Positions 60,882-64,000 of a stretch of 64,000 bases of DNA are shown piece after piece. Every line of letters begins with the position of its first letter. Position 1 is the first letter of the stretch. Origin of the DNA: the human T2T-CHM13v2.0 reference genome, Homo sapiens; the NCBI RefSeq assembly GCF_009914755.1, contig NC_060930.1; one strand, written 5' to 3'. Both the position numbers and the translations under genes were made by a program. A model generated the notes under the pieces. The model saw only the letters and a list, made by a program, of their open reading frames with translations, made no database searches and was not told where the DNA came from.

Positions 60882-63800
60882 ACCATTTACATACTCAATC
60901 TCCTTGAAAAGTCCCAACCTGGTATGGTGTCTGTTATGGCCACTATTATGACTTACTCTTACTAAAACAGCAACTTAAGCTCTTGACTAGTGTTCACCAT
61001 AGACTAGTGCCAGTTCCTGCCATCTGTAGTCCTGTTCAGCTGCAAGCACTGAGGTTCTTTGGTCTTCATGAAAGTTCAGCCCAGCAGCCCCATGCCAGCT
61101 ATTTCAAACTAACAAAGGGCCTTTCTACCCAGGTTTATTGTTCAAGCACTGAGAAGTGACTGACAGCCAGAGTGATTCCTTGTCTCCCTCTCCCAGCCAG
61201 TCCCAAATTTCTCTGCATCCTCATCGGTCTGCCCCTTGTATCCTAACACAGAGTTCCATATGATGACAACCAAGTTGGGCATCCCAACAAGTATCTGCCT
61301 ATTAGTTGGGACTATGGAAAATGGGAAGTAGAGGAGGGAAGGGGGGAATTTCACGCCAAGGCATGATCTTTTCTTGTTCTTGCTAAGCTTTACAATGCAT
61401 TTTCACTTGGTTTTTGGACAATCTAATATTCAAGACAAATCTACCACTCTTGCTCTATCACAGCCTTCTGTTCCCACATCAGTATTTTTCAGTATTACTC
61501 AAATGCGGGACATCTCAGACTTTAATGTGTATACAAATTTCACGTGAGGCTTTTTAATATGAACATTTTGACTCCATAGACCTAGTGTACACCCAAGATT
61601 TTCCACGTCTAACAAGCTCCCTGGAAATGTTCGTGTGGCTGGTCTAAAGGCTGTATTGTAAGTGTCAGGACTCTAAAGGGGGAAAAGTATGAATAAAATG
61701 GGACATATTCTATTCCCGAATCGCCTGTGTCCTCAACTAAAGGGAATTCCACCGGATTCTATATTATTGTCTTGTTGCGAGTCCATTTCCACACAAGAAA
61801 CATCTCCTTCTGTCATCTTCTACCGACATATCAGAGTGGTGCCAAATCCTGCCACACCCAAGCGGAACAACCCGGGAAGTTTCCTCCCCTGTCTGTTATG
61901 ATGGTCATAAAAGCTTAGAGATGAGAAAGAGGAGGGTCACCTTCCAGCATCTGCATTTCTTTATCAGGAGCCTCAGAGCCAATTCTGACATTTATAACCT
62001 TCAAATCATGGTGATGGGATGGACCTTGGAGACCATCTTAGAAATCTAGTCTTGTAGTTTTTTAACATTGTTTTAGTTGTAGAATCCTTTCTTCCAATGC
62101 AAGCATACGTGAAGTTAAAAATAAAAGGAAATAAAGAGGAGGAGCTCTCAGGCTGAAGAAAGAGAACCTTTCAGATGCTGAGCCCTCTTAACAGAAATTG
62201 AAGGACTGTCCCGTGTCTCGTATCTTGATAGTTGCATTAGCAGGATAAGAACACAGATGCTTCTGCTGCCTTCACCTTGATTTCCACTATTCCCATTCAC
62301 TTAGGGGCGCAGGCTGATGTAATGGAAGAGAACACGGGCTTTATGGCCAGATAGATATGGATTTAAATCATGTCTTTACCGCTTATGGTCTATATGACCT
62401 TGGATAAATTACTTATTCTCTTTGCACTCTGTTTTCTCATAAGTAAACTAGAAATAATTCCTAGATTATTGGGTTGTTGAGATGAGACGTGAACTTAAAA
62501 TTCCTATGTTATAAAGTCAAGCAAGCATCAAGAAACTCAAAATTGGTGTTTCTGATTGATGGTCCACATATAAATATACCCAGCCAAAAAAATTATTTCC
62601 ATTTTGGAGAAGTTTCAATCACCTCAGTCCCACTCATGCTAAGGAAAACCCAACCCTCAGATACAGTATAGGCTGTTGTACATTATCTTACCACTTTCCG
62701 ACTTTACTCATTTTCTCAAGCCCAGGGACCAAGATGATGAAGAAAGCCACATTCTGCCCCCATAAGACATGTTTGACAGCCATAGGGGACCCTTTAAGCA
62801 TGGATGGAAGGATGCTAAGAGCACACACCGAAGATAAATCCAGGCCACACTCTCACCCTAAACACCTTGGAGTGCTACAAAGAAGGGGTCAGTGACACCC
62901 CTAATAAAAGCCAAGTCCAGGGACAGCTAGCTGGAAGGGGATTTCTGAAACAGAGAAGTGGGTGGTTTCTGCAAGGCATCTGCCAACTACAGCCAGGAGC
63001 AACATACTGAAGAGAAATTACATTATTGCTGTGCTCTTTGTGCTTTATAAAAATTTTATTGAAATGTTTGTACACTTTGTCCAAGCACACTTTCGAGGAG
63101 AGGCTCCAATATAAAGGAATTGGGGGATTGATGACAGGTACCCACTACACCCTTATGTCATGCATGGCTTACATGTACGGTAACTGCAAGTGCCATAGAA
63201 ACACAAAATAGAGAAGGGCCAAACCCTGATTCCTAGATATTGAAGATGGGAGGTGAATGTGCTGTCAGGGAAGAGCAGACCATCTGCTGGGTAATCGGTC
63301 ATTTTCCATTATCAGCTAACAACCCACAGGTGATGCAACACTGTTTCCCCACATGCCTGAGGTCAGAACTAAGACCTTAGGAGCTGCTGGGGGTGTCTAT
63401 TGGAAGATGCGGATTCCAGCATGCATGCCCCTGCAGAACTACTGAGTCAAGACCTGAGACAGGTAGCCAGGAACCTGCAATTCAAACAAACTTGCAAGGA
63501 ATTACTATGTCAAAGCAGAGGCATTTGAAATCTACTTTGCTGAGGGGGTAATGACCACTTACTCTTTAGTGAACATTAGTTTGACATGATTACTTTTGCT
63601 TTCATTTGGGTACCTGGATGTTTCTGGGGAAAACTGGCTGGGGCGAGTTGTGACAAGGATCACCCTGGACTTTTGGTAGCCAGAGAACCTCTGGAGGTGG
63701 GAGAAGGTGAAGAGGTGAGAGTGGAAGAGAGGCCAAGGCCCACCATGAGAAACCTCCAGATACAGAGCCTCCATCATTTCTCCCTCTGTCAGATGTTGCC

Positions 63801-64000
63801 CCGCCAAGGAAATCATGCCTGCTGCTTCCCTCTTCTGATGCCCCCCACCCCGTCCCTCCCTCTTTCTCCCCGTGGATATCAGGTGCCCTCTTAACTTTGT
63901 AAAACTCCCAACCGCTTAACATGCAGACTGAGGGAGTCAATTCAATTCTTCATGTTTTGTTAGGTGCTGGGATTTATCTTTTCCTCTGTGACAGTGTCCC

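Noticed and set aside
60890-61330. Sequence with a faint retroelement-coding appearance on the minus strand
   Set aside because: Could not assign a family or motif reliably without an HMM search

Overview
Primate genomic DNA, almost certainly human because it carries L1HS-diagnostic bases. It is repeat-rich and intergenic or intronic, and I recognise no cellular protein-coding exon. The dominant feature is a full-length young L1HS (pre-Ta-like) LINE-1 on the minus strand (~47149-53192) with intact ORF1 (338 aa), ORF2 (1275 aa) and antisense ORF0 (71 aa). It is nested in a full-length L1MA3-like element, which is itself nested in an L1MC1-like element. A second, full-length L1MC1-like element with its target-site duplication (TSD) lies on the plus strand at 18159-25624 and appears to share many non-consensus bases with the minus-strand L1MC. 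The rest is Alus, MaLR LTRs, hAT DNA transposons, L2/L3/MIR and microsatellites. There are also several local template-switch scars (inverted duplication, fold-back hairpins, direct duplication, a perfect 34-bp templated patch, a 66-bp triplication) and a candidate RFX/CRE/NF-Y/AP-1 element at ~58.4 kb. I found no convincing wholly new biological system. Subfamily names and consensus comparisons are from memory and need Dfam/RepeatMasker confirmation; boundaries of old repeats are approximate.
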